DNA of 64,000 bases, taken from an uncultured Chloroflexia bacterium (GTDB lineage: Bacteria > Chloroflexota > Limnocylindria > Limnocylindrales > CSP1-4). Shown one piece after another: positions 51,935-62,287 of the stretch. Both the position numbers and the translations under genes were made by a program. Location of the stretch: NCBI GenBank assembly GCA_963713975.1, contig OY970218.1:2112001-2176000 (forward strand), written 5' to 3'. The notes under the pieces were generated by a model. It saw only the letters and a program-made list of their open reading frames with translations, was not told where the DNA came from and searched no databases. Position 1 is the first letter of the stretch. Every line of letters starts with the position of its first letter.

Positions 51935-52315
51935 CTATTCCGGCGGCGGCGTCGGACCCAGGCCGGGCGGGGGCCGGCCGGAGCGGCAGCTGAAGCAGGT
52001 GTCGCGATCACCGGCGTTCAGGGCCGAGCACGACGCACATGTCCACCACGCGCTCGGATCGGTCGGGCGCGGCAGCGCGGCAGCCTCGCGGCGCAGGCGC
52101 ACCGCGACCACGGCGGCCGCGATCATGCCGGCCGTCACCAGCACCAGCATCAGCAGCACCGGGGTCACAAGGTCGCCAGAGGTGTCGACGGGGATCCCGT
52201 ACTCGTTGACCTTTGGCGAGGGCTCGTCGGCCGACACGGGGGACGCCGCCATCGCGGCGACGCCGAGTGCGGCGAGCCAGACCAGGAGCGACAACGCCCG
52301 ACGTGTCCAAACCAT
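51935..52315 (-). CDS. Small membrane protein with RanBP2-type zinc finger
   Basis: Signal peptide, TM helix, W-T-C-x2-C-x3-N-x6-C-x2-C. Confidence 0.7.
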   Translation of the reverse strand: MVWTRRALSLLVWLAALGVAAMAASPVSADEPSPKVNEYGIPVDTSGDLVTPVLLMLVLVTAGMIAAAVVAVRLRREAAALPRPTDPSAWWTCASCSALNAGDRDTCFSCRSGRPPPGLGPTPPPE

Positions 52316-52350
52316 GTCTCAGGCCTCGATGGCAGGGGCGGCGAGGGTCG

Positions 52351-53112
52351 TCAAGCGATCCCGCCGCCGTCCACGACGAGGATGGCGCCCGTGACCCAGG
52401 CGGCGGCGCCGGACGCCAAGTAGAGCACGGCCTGGGCGATGTCGTCCGGGGTGCCCAGGCGGGCGAGGGGTCGCTCGGCACCCTCCGCCAGGAACGACGC
52501 CTCGTCCTGGCCCAACTGGCGCGCCTCGTTGCGCAGCATCGGTGTGTCGGTGTCGCCCGGGCAGACGCAGTTGACGCGAATGCCGGCCGACCCGTGGTCG
52601 ATGGCCATGGCCTTGGTCATGTTCACCACGGCGCCCTTCGAGGCGCAGTAGCTCACGGCGTTGCCGCCGCCCTTGAGCCCCCAGCCCGACCCGATGTTGA
52701 CGATGGCACCCCCGCCGCCGGCAGCCATGACCGGGACGGCGTGCTTGCCCATCAGGAAGATCGAGCGGACGTTCACGGCCATGACGGCATCCCACTCCTC
52801 CTCGGTCGTGCCCACCACGTCGGCGCGGCGGATGATCCCGGCCGCGTTCACGACGACGTCGAGGCTCCCGAACGCGGAAGTCGCCGTCTCGACCAGGCGG
52901 CGGCAGTCGTCGCTCTTCGTCACGTCCGCCACGCCCGTGACCGCCGCGCCTCCGGCTGCAGCGATCTGCGCCACCGTTGCCGCGGCGCCGTCCCCGTCGC
53001 GGTCGGCGACGACGACCTTCGCGCCTTCCGCGGCCAGTCGGATCGCCGTCGCCCGGCCGATGCCGGACGCTGCCCCCGTCACGATCGCGGTCCGTCCATT
53101 CAGTGCATCCAT
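52351..53112 (-). CDS. Short-chain dehydrogenase/reductase
   Basis: TGAASGIG, NAAG, S..., YCASK, RVNCVCPG. Confidence 0.94.
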   Translation of the reverse strand: MDALNGRTAIVTGAASGIGRATAIRLAAEGAKVVVADRDGDGAAATVAQIAAAGGAAVTGVADVTKSDDCRRLVETATSAFGSLDVVVNAAGIIRRADVVGTTEEEWDAVMAVNVRSIFLMGKHAVPVMAAGGGGAIVNIGSGWGLKGGGNAVSYCASKGAVVNMTKAMAIDHGSAGIRVNCVCPGDTDTPMLRNEARQLGQDEASFLAEGAERPLARLGTPDDIAQAVLYLASGAAAWVTGAILVVDGGGIA

Positions 53113-53149
53113 GCGTCCACCTGTGTCTCTCGGCCAGGCACGCCGGCCG

Positions 53150-54325
53150 TCATGCGGGGGCCACGGGCACAACCGCGCGCTCCCTGTATCCCGTTACCAC
53201 GGTCAGATAGCCGGCCAGCTCCCGGTCCAGCTCCGCGTCGCCCGTGTCCACCAGCAGGGGCCGGCTCCCGAGCTCGGCCAGCTTCCGCGATGTTGCCACC
53301 ACGACCAGGCCCGCTCGACCCACGGCGCGGATGACGTCGGGCGCGATCTGCTGGTTGCCCCGCCCGAAGAGGAACCCCTGTCCTCCGATTGGCGTGACGA
53401 TGATCGAGGCCTCCCGACCGTTGACCGCCGCGCGGAGCGCCTCGTCGCCGGCGTCCTGGGCGACGACGATCGCCTGGGCTGACGTCCCGTCGGCCCGAGC
53501 TGGAGCGGCCGCCTCGATCACGTCGACTCCCACCAGCGTCTTGGGAACGCCAAGCGCCTCGGCGACCGCGCGAACGGTGGTTCCCGGGCCCAGCACGTAG
53601 CGGCGTCCCGGCACGACCGAGGCGGCCACGTCCGCTGCGATCGCCGCCATCGAAACCGACTCGCCGGCGGGGGAGGGGGCCTTGCGCGCCTGCACCAGCC
53701 GGCCGACCGGGACGCGGAGCGTCCCATGGAGCTCTGCGTACAGGCCGGGCCCGTCGGCCAGGTCCGCAACCTCGCGCTCCGACGTGCGCCGGGCGCCGGA
53801 CCGGAGCCACGCGGCGGCGAGTCGGCCCGCCGCGGCCGGGCTGGTCGCGAACACGGCGGACTGGACCTTCACTCCGGTCGGGATGCCCAGCACGACCTGC
53901 GAGGTGCCCACCGCGGCGGTCACGTCCCGGGCGGTGCCATCGCCGCCGGCGAACAGGAGAAGGTCGACGCCCAGGTCACGCAGCACGACGGCCGCCGCCC
54001 GGGTGTCGGCAGCCGTCGTGGGACCCTCGTGCCGCTCGCCGACGACCCGGGCGTCGACCTCGGCCGTCCCGGCCGGGATCTCGCCCATCTGGCCGGATGC
54101 GACGAGTAGATCGGGGACCGGCACGCCGGCCGGCCACGCGTCGAGCAGCGCGGTCAGCGCCTCCGCCGCACGCTCGCCTGAGTGGGGCCGGGCCCCGAGC
54201 TCTCGGGCCCGTTCGGCCAGCCCCGGATCGTCGGTGCCCTTGAGGCCCACGGGACCGCCGAGCCCGGCGATCGGGTTGACGATGAGGGCCACGCGGGGGT
54301 GTCCGCCCCGCTGGTCGTCAGTCAT
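53150..54325 (-). CDS. ATP-NAD kinase/AcoX-like family protein
   Basis: IVNPIAG.GG..GLKGTD, GGDGTARD, GIPTGVK..S.VFA, GGQGFLFGRGNQQ, VDTGD. Confidence 0.85.
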   Translation of the reverse strand: MTDDQRGGHPRVALIVNPIAGLGGPVGLKGTDDPGLAERARELGARPHSGERAAEALTALLDAWPAGVPVPDLLVASGQMGEIPAGTAEVDARVVGERHEGPTTAADTRAAAVVLRDLGVDLLLFAGGDGTARDVTAAVGTSQVVLGIPTGVKVQSAVFATSPAAAGRLAAAWLRSGARRTSEREVADLADGPGLYAELHGTLRVPVGRLVQARKAPSPAGESVSMAAIAADVAASVVPGRRYVLGPGTTVRAVAEALGVPKTLVGVDVIEAAAPARADGTSAQAIVVAQDAGDEALRAAVNGREASIIVTPIGGQGFLFGRGNQQIAPDVIRAVGRAGLVVVATSRKLAELGSRPLLVDTGDAELDRELAGYLTVVTGYRERAVVPVAPA

Positions 54326-55949
54326 CGGCCCCCGCGGTTGCGGCACCGGGGCGGACGTGCTTGCGCTGGTAGGCGCGCCAGGTGGGCGTCCAGCGGTCCG
54401 GGTCATCGAACCAGGAATGGTCGATCTGGTGGATGGTGCTGTTGTGGGGAGCCGTCCGCACGGTCTCCGGGTCCTCGTAGGCCTCGCTCGACACGGTTCG
54501 CAGCATCGCCACGTACTCGTCCAGGTCGGCCTGCGAGTAGGACTCCGTGGGCTCGAGCGTCATCGGCTCGGGCACGACGTACGGGTGATGGCTGGTCCAG
54601 TAGTGCATCCCGAAGTCCGCCGCCCGGATCCCCAGCTCCTCGCTGTGGATGCCGGTGTCGGACGCCAGCTGCTCCCAGCTGTAGCGGACCTGCTCGATGC
54701 GGCGATGGCCCTCGGCGTAGGGCGCAGCAACCCCCCTGACCGCCAGCACCTGCCGCAGCAGGTAGTTGTTGTTGAGGACGGCGACCTCGGCCGTCTCGCG
54801 GAGGCCATCGGCGCCCATGCTCATGATCCAGGCGTAGGCGCGGACGAGGTTGGGGGCGATCCCGTACCAGGGTCGGACCTTGCCGATCGAGAGCGGTCGG
54901 TCGTGATCGAGCCGGAAGCGGTCGCCGTCGCGCTCGACCGTGGGCCGGGGGAGGAACGGCGCCAGCTCCGAGCTGACGCCGCATGCGCCCGCGCCCGGGC
55001 CTCCCGAGCCATGTGGCGTCGAGAACGTCTTGTGCAGGTTGAAGTGGCACAGGTCGAAGCCGGCGTCACGGGCCCGGGTGATGCCCAGGATCCCGTTGGC
55101 GTTGGCCTGGTCGTAGGCGGCAAGGCCGCCGACCTCGTGGACCGCCTTCACGAACTCGTCGATCTCGGGGTTGTAGATCCCTGTGTCCTCCGGGTTCGTG
55201 ACCAGGATCGCCGCCGTGCGCTCGGAGAGGACGCTCTTGAGCGCGGCGAGCGTGGGTCTGCCGAGGAGCGGATCCGGCATCAGCGTGATGACCTTGAACC
55301 CGGCGGTCTTGGCGCAGGCCGCGTTGGAGGGGTGGCTGAACATGGTCGTGACGATCTCGTCGCGCTGCCCGGACTCGCCGCGCGCGACGTGGTAGGCGCG
55401 GATCATCGACACGTTGGCCCAGATCGCCGCCGAGCCCGAGGCGGGGTGCAGGGTGACCCGGTCCATGCCCGAGATCTCCTTGAGCGCCTGCTCGAGGCGC
55501 CACATGATCTCGAGGGTTCCCTGGACGGTGGACTCGTCCTGGGCCGGGTGGACATCGGCCTGCTTGTGGTTCCGGACCAGCTGGTCGTTGACCTTGGGCG
55601 AGTACTTCATCGTGCAGGTGCCCTGCCCGATGTCGATGTTGAGGTCGACCCCCAGGTTCTCCTGCGAGAGCCTCGCGTAGTGGCGCATGACGTGCACCTG
55701 TGCGAGCTCCGGCAGGGCCGCCGGCATCGCGCGGCGGACGCCGGCCGGCAGGGTGTCGGCAGGGTTGCCGACACGCGCCGTGATGGCGGCCTCGACCTCG
55801 GGCACCAGCAGGCCCCGGGCGCCCGGGGTGGACAGCTCGAAGATGACCGGCTCGTCCCAGCTCGCTTGGTGGAAGCGACGGGGCATGGGCTTGGGGGCGA
55901 TGGCGCCGTCGTTGGGGGCCGATGCCATGCCGGAATGGCTGTCGCTCAT
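54318..55949 (-). CDS. Divergent glycine decarboxylase P-protein subunit 2 (GcvPB-like)
   Basis: LPEL....VMRHY.RLSQ, GTCTMKY.P, YDQANANG, HFNLHKTFSTPHG.GGPG (PLP Lys), EPTES. Confidence 0.88.
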   Translation of the reverse strand: MSDSHSGMASAPNDGAIAPKPMPRRFHQASWDEPVIFELSTPGARGLLVPEVEAAITARVGNPADTLPAGVRRAMPAALPELAQVHVMRHYARLSQENLGVDLNIDIGQGTCTMKYSPKVNDQLVRNHKQADVHPAQDESTVQGTLEIMWRLEQALKEISGMDRVTLHPASGSAAIWANVSMIRAYHVARGESGQRDEIVTTMFSHPSNAACAKTAGFKVITLMPDPLLGRPTLAALKSVLSERTAAILVTNPEDTGIYNPEIDEFVKAVHEVGGLAAYDQANANGILGITRARDAGFDLCHFNLHKTFSTPHGSGGPGAGACGVSSELAPFLPRPTVERDGDRFRLDHDRPLSIGKVRPWYGIAPNLVRAYAWIMSMGADGLRETAEVAVLNNNYLLRQVLAVRGVAAPYAEGHRRIEQVRYSWEQLASDTGIHSEELGIRAADFGMHYWTSHHPYVVPEPMTLEPTESYSQADLDEYVAMLRTVSSEAYEDPETVRTAPHNSTIHQIDHSWFDDPDRWTPTWRAYQRKHVRPGAATAGADD

Positions 55950-57361
55950 CGGATGACCTCCCGGATGGTCTCGACGAGACCATCGATGTCCCGCTGCGTC
56001 CGCACCTCCGTGACGGCGATCAGCGCCGCCTGCCCGAGCTCCGGGAGCTCCCGAGAGAGGTCCTTGCCGCCGATGATCCCGTGCCCGAGGAGCGCTCCAT
56101 TGATCTCCGCGACGGTCCTGCCGGTGGCGCTGAAGTCCACGACGAACTCGTTGACGTGGTGCGACCCGAGGTGGGGGACGGACACGCCAGGCAGCTCCAC
56201 CAGGCGCTCCATGGCATACCGCGAGCGGGCCATCATCCGCTCGCCCAGGTCCCGCATGCCCTGCGGCCCCATCAGGGACAGGTAGACGCCCGCCGTGATG
56301 CCCCACAGGGCCGCGGCCGTGCCGACCCATTCCTTGCCGTCCTCGCGGATCGCGAACGAGGTTCGCTCGTAGGCCACGTCGCCGAACCCGTACTCGCCGG
56401 GGACCGTCGTGGGCGCGATGCCGAACAGGCGCGACGGGTACTCCAGCACGATCCTGGGATCGTCATGCGAGGCGATGAAGCCGGCGTGGCCGCCACCGAA
56501 ATGCTGGTGCATGCCCAGGGGCTGGATGTCGCCGCAGGCGATGTCCGCATCGAAGGTGGCGGGCGGGGCAAGCACCCCGAGGGTGGCCGGATTGACCGCC
56601 ACGACCGCGAGCGCGCCGATGCCGTGGGCCAGCTCGACGATCGTGCCCGGCTCCGTCTCCACGACGCCGAGGTACGAGGGCTGCTCGAAGTAGACGGCCG
56701 CGACCGTGTCGTCCAGCGCCGCGCGCAGGGCGACGAGATCCACGGTCCCCGTCGTCGGGTCGGCCGGAACCAGTTCGAGGTCGAGGTTGGGGCCGCTGTG
56801 GTCGCGATACTTGGACAGCTTGTCGCCGTCGATGGAGCCGGCCAGCAGGACCCGTCGCCGGCCGGTCACCCTCGCCGCCATGCCCAGGGCCGTCGCCCCG
56901 GCCTGGAAGCCGTCGTAGACCGGGACGTTGACGACGTCCATCTCGAGCAGCTCGCCCATCATCGAGACGTACTCGAACAGGGCCTGGAAGCGGCCGTGGT
57001 CCTCGTACGGCTCGCCAGCGTAGGCGGTCAGGAACTCGCCGCGGCCGTTGACCTCGTCGCACACCGCCGGGACGTGGTGGTCGTAGCAGCCGGCGCCGAG
57101 GAAGCTGACGGCATCGCGGGTCGACACGTTCCTGTTGAGGAGGCCCTCGACGTGCCGCACGAGCTCCGCCTCGGACGCCAGCGCCGGTGGCAGGTCGAGC
57201 GGGCGGCGCAGCCGGAGGCGCTCCGGGATATCTGCGTAGAGCTCCTCCACGCTCGCCGCGTCGACGGCCTCGAGCATCGTTGCCCTGACCCGGGGCTCGG
57301 AGTTCGGGATGTACGGGTGCACGACCGGCCCGGGTCGTACCGCAGCTCTGTGGTCGGTCAC
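55946..57361 (-). CDS. Divergent glycine decarboxylase P-protein subunit 1 (GcvPA-like)
   Basis: HPYIPN, FLGAGCY.H.VP, RGEFLTAY, QALFEY, G..QPLG....GG; GGAGGA RBS before GTG57361. Confidence 0.88.
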   Translation of the reverse strand: MTDHRAAVRPGPVVHPYIPNSEPRVRATMLEAVDAASVEELYADIPERLRLRRPLDLPPALASEAELVRHVEGLLNRNVSTRDAVSFLGAGCYDHHVPAVCDEVNGRGEFLTAYAGEPYEDHGRFQALFEYVSMMGELLEMDVVNVPVYDGFQAGATALGMAARVTGRRRVLLAGSIDGDKLSKYRDHSGPNLDLELVPADPTTGTVDLVALRAALDDTVAAVYFEQPSYLGVVETEPGTIVELAHGIGALAVVAVNPATLGVLAPPATFDADIACGDIQPLGMHQHFGGGHAGFIASHDDPRIVLEYPSRLFGIAPTTVPGEYGFGDVAYERTSFAIREDGKEWVGTAAALWGITAGVYLSLMGPQGMRDLGERMMARSRYAMERLVELPGVSVPHLGSHHVNEFVVDFSATGRTVAEINGALLGHGIIGGKDLSRELPELGQAALIAVTEVRTQRDIDGLVETIREVIR

Positions 57362-57423
57362 GGTTCCTCCATGATTGGGTGTCCCAGCGCCCCCGGGGGC
57401 CGTGGTCGTTCGGTGGTGGAGCG

Positions 57424-58227
57424 TCAGGCCGTGCGGATCCAATCACGACTCGCGAGCCCGCCGGCGAGCTCGCCACCGTCGATCGGGATGGCCGTCCCCG
57501 TCAGGTAGGCACCCTCGTCGGAGGCGAGCCAGGCGAACAGCCCGGCGATCTCCTCCGGGCGCGCATGCCGGCCAATGGGGATCCTGGCGTCGGTGGCCGT
57601 GAGCATCTCGGGCGTGTATTCGGATTGCTGCATCGGGGTCATCACGTAGCCGGGACAGATGGCATTGACGCGCACGACGGGCGCGAGCTCCAGGGCCATC
57701 GAGCGGGCGAGCAGGATGACGCCGGCCTTGCTGGCGTTGTAGTCGGCATAGAAGGGGTGCCCCACGACACCGTTGGTCGACGCGGTCATGAGGACCACGC
57801 CGGACCCCTGCGCCACCATCCGGCGGGCGGCCTCCTGGGCACAGTTGAAGACACCGTCGAGGTTGACGGCCATGACCCGACGCCACTCCTCGGGTGTGAT
57901 GTCGAGGAAGTTGTGTCGGATGCTGATCCCGGCGTTGGCGACCAGCACATCGACACCGCCCAGGAGCCGGTCCACGGTCTCGAACGCAGCGTCCACGGAG
58001 GCACGGTCGGCGACGTCTGCGTTCACGATGCCCGCCAGACCGGACAGCTCGTCCCCGACCACGTCCAGCCGCGCACCGTCGCGGTCGAGCACGACGACCC
58101 GGGCGCCCTCGGCGACGAACCGCGCCGCGGTGGCCAGGCCGATGCCACTCGCGCCTCCGGTGACGACGACGCGGCGTCCTGCCAGGTCCGGGTGGCGGGC
58201 GATGGTGCCCGCGGAGCCAGTATTCAC
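57424..58227 (-). CDS. Short-chain dehydrogenase/reductase
   Basis: TGGASGIG, ANAGI, YNASK, RVNAICPG. Confidence 0.94.
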   Translation of the reverse strand: MNTGSAGTIARHPDLAGRRVVVTGGASGIGLATAARFVAEGARVVVLDRDGARLDVVGDELSGLAGIVNADVADRASVDAAFETVDRLLGGVDVLVANAGISIRHNFLDITPEEWRRVMAVNLDGVFNCAQEAARRMVAQGSGVVLMTASTNGVVGHPFYADYNASKAGVILLARSMALELAPVVRVNAICPGYVMTPMQQSEYTPEMLTATDARIPIGRHARPEEIAGLFAWLASDEGAYLTGTAIPIDGGELAGGLASRDWIRTA

Positions 58228-59372
58228 GTGGAAGCCTCCTGCGGCTGATCGGGGTCCGTCGAGTCGCCGGCAGTCGGGGCCTTGCCGGCGCGCCGGCGCT
58301 CGCGTCGGCGGAGGAGCACCTCGTCCAGCTCGAGAAGGCCCAGGAGCCCGTTCGGGCGGCGGTACATCACGAGAATGATGGTCAATCCCAACGTGACCTC
58401 CTGGAGGCCGAAGATACCGTTGAGCGTGAAGTCGCCGATGGTGAGGCCGCTCAGCATGCCCTCCACGCGGCGCGCGATCTCCACGAGGACCGATACGAGA
58501 ACAGCGCCGCCGACCGCGCCGCTGACGGTTGACCGGCTTCCCACGACGAGCATCGCCAGGAGGGCAAACTGCAGCGTGAAGTAGAACTGCTTGGGTGAGA
58601 AGGCGGTTAGCGTGTGGCCGAGGAGGACGCCGGCGACGCCGACGACGAGGGCGCTCAGCAGCCAGGCAATGAGGCGGACGCTCGGGATGTTGATGCCCAT
58701 CGCGCGGGCGGCCATCTCGTCCTCGCGGGTTGCCCGGATTCGCAGGCCGACTGTTGACTCGCGGAACAAGCGCGCGATGAGGATCGCGAGCAGGGCGACC
58801 CCGAGGGCCACCCAGATCGTGACGACGGGCGGCACGCCGTAGAAGGTCTGGCTGCCCCGGGTGATGTCAGCCGCACCCACGAGCACCACGTAGACAATCA
58901 TCAGCATCGCCAACGTTGCGATTGGCGTGGCGGCCGCCGAGAGGCGGGACAGGGGAATGCCGAAGAGCAGGGCGACGAGCGCGACCACGACGAGCGCGAC
59001 GAGCGTCGCCAGGACCAGCGGCAGTTGGATGTCCCGCAGGAATGGCAGCAGGTTCGGCAGCGCCTGCGACTTGATGACCGGGTCCATGGTGAGGATGCCC
59101 GCGGCGTAGGCGCCTACCCCCATAAAGGCGACATGGCCGAAGGTGAGGATGCCGGTGTTGCCGCTGTAGATCCCGAAGCCCACGACCGCGATCAGCGAAA
59201 TCAGGAAGTTCTGGGTGACCTGCTGCTCGGTGGGACCCAGGAGCAGGACGACGATCGCCGTGAGCGCCACGAGCGGAGTCCCCAGCGTGGTAACGCCGGC
59301 GAGGGCACGGACCACTGGGCGGTCCATGGACAGGTCGCGTCCGGCGACACGGATCACGGCTGCGCTGGTCAT
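58224..59372 (-). CDS. Branched-chain amino acid-type ABC permease (LivM-like)
   Basis: TGILTFGHVAFMGVGAY, GLRIRATREDEMAARAMGIN, RPNGLLG. Confidence 0.92.
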   Translation of the reverse strand: MTSAAVIRVAGRDLSMDRPVVRALAGVTTLGTPLVALTAIVVLLLGPTEQQVTQNFLISLIAVVGFGIYSGNTGILTFGHVAFMGVGAYAAGILTMDPVIKSQALPNLLPFLRDIQLPLVLATLVALVVVALVALLFGIPLSRLSAAATPIATLAMLMIVYVVLVGAADITRGSQTFYGVPPVVTIWVALGVALLAILIARLFRESTVGLRIRATREDEMAARAMGINIPSVRLIAWLLSALVVGVAGVLLGHTLTAFSPKQFYFTLQFALLAMLVVGSRSTVSGAVGGAVLVSVLVEIARRVEGMLSGLTIGDFTLNGIFGLQEVTLGLTIILVMYRRPNGLLGLLELDEVLLRRRERRRAGKAPTAGDSTDPDQPQEAST

Positions 59373-60256
59373 ACGCGGTCCGTGACCTTCCCAAGGAGCC
59401 CCTGCGGCCGCCACAAGAGGATCACGATGACAATCGTCAGCGCGACTGCGTCTTTGAACGGCAGCGCGGATTGGGGGAGCCAAGCTTGGAGCATGACCTG
59501 GATGAAGCCGAGGACGAAGCCACCGAGCACGGCACCCGAGAGGCTGCCGAGCCCGCCCAGGACGGCGGCGATGAAGGCGTTGATCACCGGCGCAAGGCCC
59601 ATCATCGGCTCGACCGAACCGCGCTGGGCAACGTAGAGGAAGGCCGCAACCCCGGCCAGGAGGCCGGAGATCGCGAAGGCAGTCGCGATGACGGCATCGG
59701 CGCGGATACCCATGAGGCGGGCGACCGAGAAGTCCTGGGCGGCGGCCCGCATGCTGATTCCGAGCGTCGTCCGGCGAAGGAATAGCGTGATCAGCACCAG
59801 CGATACCAGCACGAGAACGATGGCGGTCAACTGGATCAGGCCGATGCCGACACCCAGGATTGGGACCTGCTGGCTCAGCTCGTCCGGCAGCTGGATGCCG
59901 CGCGGCCGCGGCGAGATGACGTTCTGGAAGGCGACCTGCAGGATGATGCTCACCGCGAAACTCGTGAGCAGCAGGGTGGCCCCGCTTGCCCCCCGTACCG
60001 GCCGGAACGCAATCCGCTCCATGGCGACGGCGGCCACCATCGCCGTGACGATCGCGGCGGCGAACACAAGGGGCAGCGGTGCGCCAAATGAGACCGTCGC
60101 GACCCACATGGCGTAGCCGCCGAGGGTCATGATCTCGCCGTGGGCGAAGTTGACCATGCCCATGATCGAGAACACGATGGCGAGCCCAAGGGCGAGCAGG
60201 GCGTAGATGCCGCCCAGCGCGATGGCGTTGACGATCTGTTGGACGAAGATGTCCAT
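59369..60256 (-). CDS. Branched-chain amino acid-type ABC permease (LivH-like)
   Basis: YALLALGL, VNFAHGE, G..MRAAAQD...A.LMGI, GGLGS..GA..GG, RPQGLLG. Confidence 0.93.
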   Translation of the reverse strand: MDIFVQQIVNAIALGGIYALLALGLAIVFSIMGMVNFAHGEIMTLGGYAMWVATVSFGAPLPLVFAAAIVTAMVAAVAMERIAFRPVRGASGATLLLTSFAVSIILQVAFQNVISPRPRGIQLPDELSQQVPILGVGIGLIQLTAIVLVLVSLVLITLFLRRTTLGISMRAAAQDFSVARLMGIRADAVIATAFAISGLLAGVAAFLYVAQRGSVEPMMGLAPVINAFIAAVLGGLGSLSGAVLGGFVLGFIQVMLQAWLPQSALPFKDAVALTIVIVILLWRPQGLLGKVTDRV

Positions 60257-60975
60257 CAGTCAGCCCCGATGCCCAGATACGCGCGCTCGATGCCGCTCGA
60301 CGCGCGCAGTTCGGCGGCCGGCCCCTCGAGCTGCAGTTGGCCAGAGGCCAGCACATAGCCACGATCGGCGATCGAGAGCGTCAAGTCCACGTTCTGCTCC
60401 ACAAGCAGGATCGTCACGCCGTCCTTTCGTAACTCGAGGATCAGGTCGAAGATCAGATCGACGAACTTGGGTGCCAGGCCGAGCGACGGCTCGTCGAGGA
60501 GGAGGAGGCGCGGGCTCGACATCAGCGAGCGGGCGATGGCGAGCTGCTGCTGCTCGCCGCCCGAGAGCGTCCCGGCCGCCTGACGACGGCGCTCGGCGAG
60601 CACCGGGAACCGGGTGTAGGCCATGTCCCGGAGCTCGCCTGCCCTGGAGCGCTCCTTGAGGGGAATCCCGCCCAGGAGGAGGTTCTCGTCAACTGAGAGA
60701 GTGGCGAAGACGCGCCGGCCCTCCGGGGTCAGCGTCATGCCCATGCGCACGATGCGCTCAGGCCGCATGCCGACGATCTCCTGCCCGTCGAAGCGGACGC
60801 TGCCCTCAACGTGGGGCACAAGGCCCATGAGCGCGTTGAGCGTGCTCGACTTGCCGGCTCCGTTGGCGCCGAGGACGGCGACGATCTCGCCGGCCTCGAC
60901 GTGGAAGGAGAGGTCTCGGACGGCCCGGATCGCGTCGTACGCGACGGACAACCGTTCGACGGACAGGACCGCCAC
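60256..60975 (-). CDS. ABC ATPase (LivF-like)
   Basis: [36 protein letters not shown]. Confidence 0.94.
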   Translation of the reverse strand: MAVLSVERLSVAYDAIRAVRDLSFHVEAGEIVAVLGANGAGKSSTLNALMGLVPHVEGSVRFDGQEIVGMRPERIVRMGMTLTPEGRRVFATLSVDENLLLGGIPLKERSRAGELRDMAYTRFPVLAERRRQAAGTLSGGEQQQLAIARSLMSSPRLLLLDEPSLGLAPKFVDLIFDLILELRKDGVTILLVEQNVDLTLSIADRGYVLASGQLQLEGPAAELRASSGIERAYLGIGAD

Positions 60976-60991
60976 GGTGATGGACTCCGGG

Positions 60992-62164
60992 CTAGGGGGC
61001 TGGGATGTCGGCCGCGGCCGGTTCTATGGTCTTGAGCAGTTCGAAGGAGCCGTCCTTGACGGTGACGAGGTAGACCGTCTTGAGCGGGATACGGTTCTCG
61101 CCCTTGTACGTGATCGCTCCGGTGGCGCCCTTCACGTTCTCCAGGTTGTTGATCGCGTCGCGGACCTTGGCCGGATCGACCGAGTCGGCGGCAATGACCG
61201 CGGCCTCGACGATCTTGACCAGGTCGTAGCCGGTGGCCGCGAAGACGCTGTCCGGCGGTGAGCCGTACTCCTTCTCGTAGGCGGCCCAGAAGTCGGCAGT
61301 GGGCGTGCCCGCGGCCGGGAAGCCGTGGGTGGTGAAGACGAGGCCCTCGACGGCGCTGCCGCCCGCGGACAGGGTGTCCTGGGAGTCCACACCATCGATC
61401 GAGATCACCGGGGTCGTGACCCCGGCCGCCCGGAGCTGCTTGATAAAGGTCGGAGCATCCGGCGGGTAGGCGGGCGTCATGATGACGTCTGGTGCCGGGG
61501 ACATGCCCTGGATCTTGGTGACCTCCGCCGTGAAGTCGGCCGCCCCGAGGGTGAATGAGCCACGGCCCGCGATGGTGCCGCCCTTGTCCTCGAACACCGT
61601 CGCGAAGTAGTCGCACGACTTGCTGGTGTAGGAGGAGTCGGGGGAGCAAAGCAGGTAGGCGTTCTTGTACCCGGTTTCGGCGGCGTAAGTCGCCAGCGCC
61701 GTCGCCTGGGTGTTGTCACCGAACACGCTCATGAACATGAAGTCGCCGACGGACGCCGGCAACGTCGGCGAGGTCGCCGCCGTGGACATCGTGGGGATGC
61801 CCGCCGTCTGAGCGATCTGGCCGGCCGCCGTGCACGGATCCGCGTCCGAGGTGCAGATGAGGAAGTTGACGTCCTTTGAGATGAGGTCCTGGGCGACCAC
61901 GGCACTCTGTGCGGCCTCGGACCGGTTGTCCTGGAGGTTCAGTTCGATCGGCCACTTGCCGGCGATGCCGCCGTTGGCATTGATCTCCTTGATCGCCAGC
62001 TGAACACCTTTGGACGCAGGGACGTCCGAGTAGGCAAGGCCGCCCGTCTGCGACGAGTCATAGCCGATCGAATACGTGTCGCCGCCGCCGCTGTCGCTGC
62101 CGCCGCAGGCCGCCACGGCCAGCATCACAGCTGCTGCAGCGCCGACCAACTTCCGTCCGTTCAT
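60992..62164 (-). CDS. ABC substrate-binding lipoprotein (LivJ/LivK-like)
   Basis: Lipobox [35 protein letters not shown]. Confidence 0.92.
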   Translation of the reverse strand: MNGRKLVGAAAAVMLAVAACGGSDSGGGDTYSIGYDSSQTGGLAYSDVPASKGVQLAIKEINANGGIAGKWPIELNLQDNRSEAAQSAVVAQDLISKDVNFLICTSDADPCTAAGQIAQTAGIPTMSTAATSPTLPASVGDFMFMSVFGDNTQATALATYAAETGYKNAYLLCSPDSSYTSKSCDYFATVFEDKGGTIAGRGSFTLGAADFTAEVTKIQGMSPAPDVIMTPAYPPDAPTFIKQLRAAGVTTPVISIDGVDSQDTLSAGGSAVEGLVFTTHGFPAAGTPTADFWAAYEKEYGSPPDSVFAATGYDLVKIVEAAVIAADSVDPAKVRDAINNLENVKGATGAITYKGENRIPLKTVYLVTVKDGSFELLKTIEPAAADIPAP

Positions 62165-62287
62165 GTTGCCCTCGCCCTCCTTCTTGACCTCTCGCGGCCC
62201 TTTCGGACTGCCGTCGGGAGCCGTCCCAGTCGGGGCATGCTCCTCGTGGCTGCTCGACCCGGCCCGTACGTCCGGTTTCCGCCGTCC

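Noticed and set aside
54318-57361. Plain gcvPA/gcvPB housekeeping call
   Set aside because: Substrate-side motifs diverge and gene context lacks gcvT/gcvH, so gene symbols were withheld
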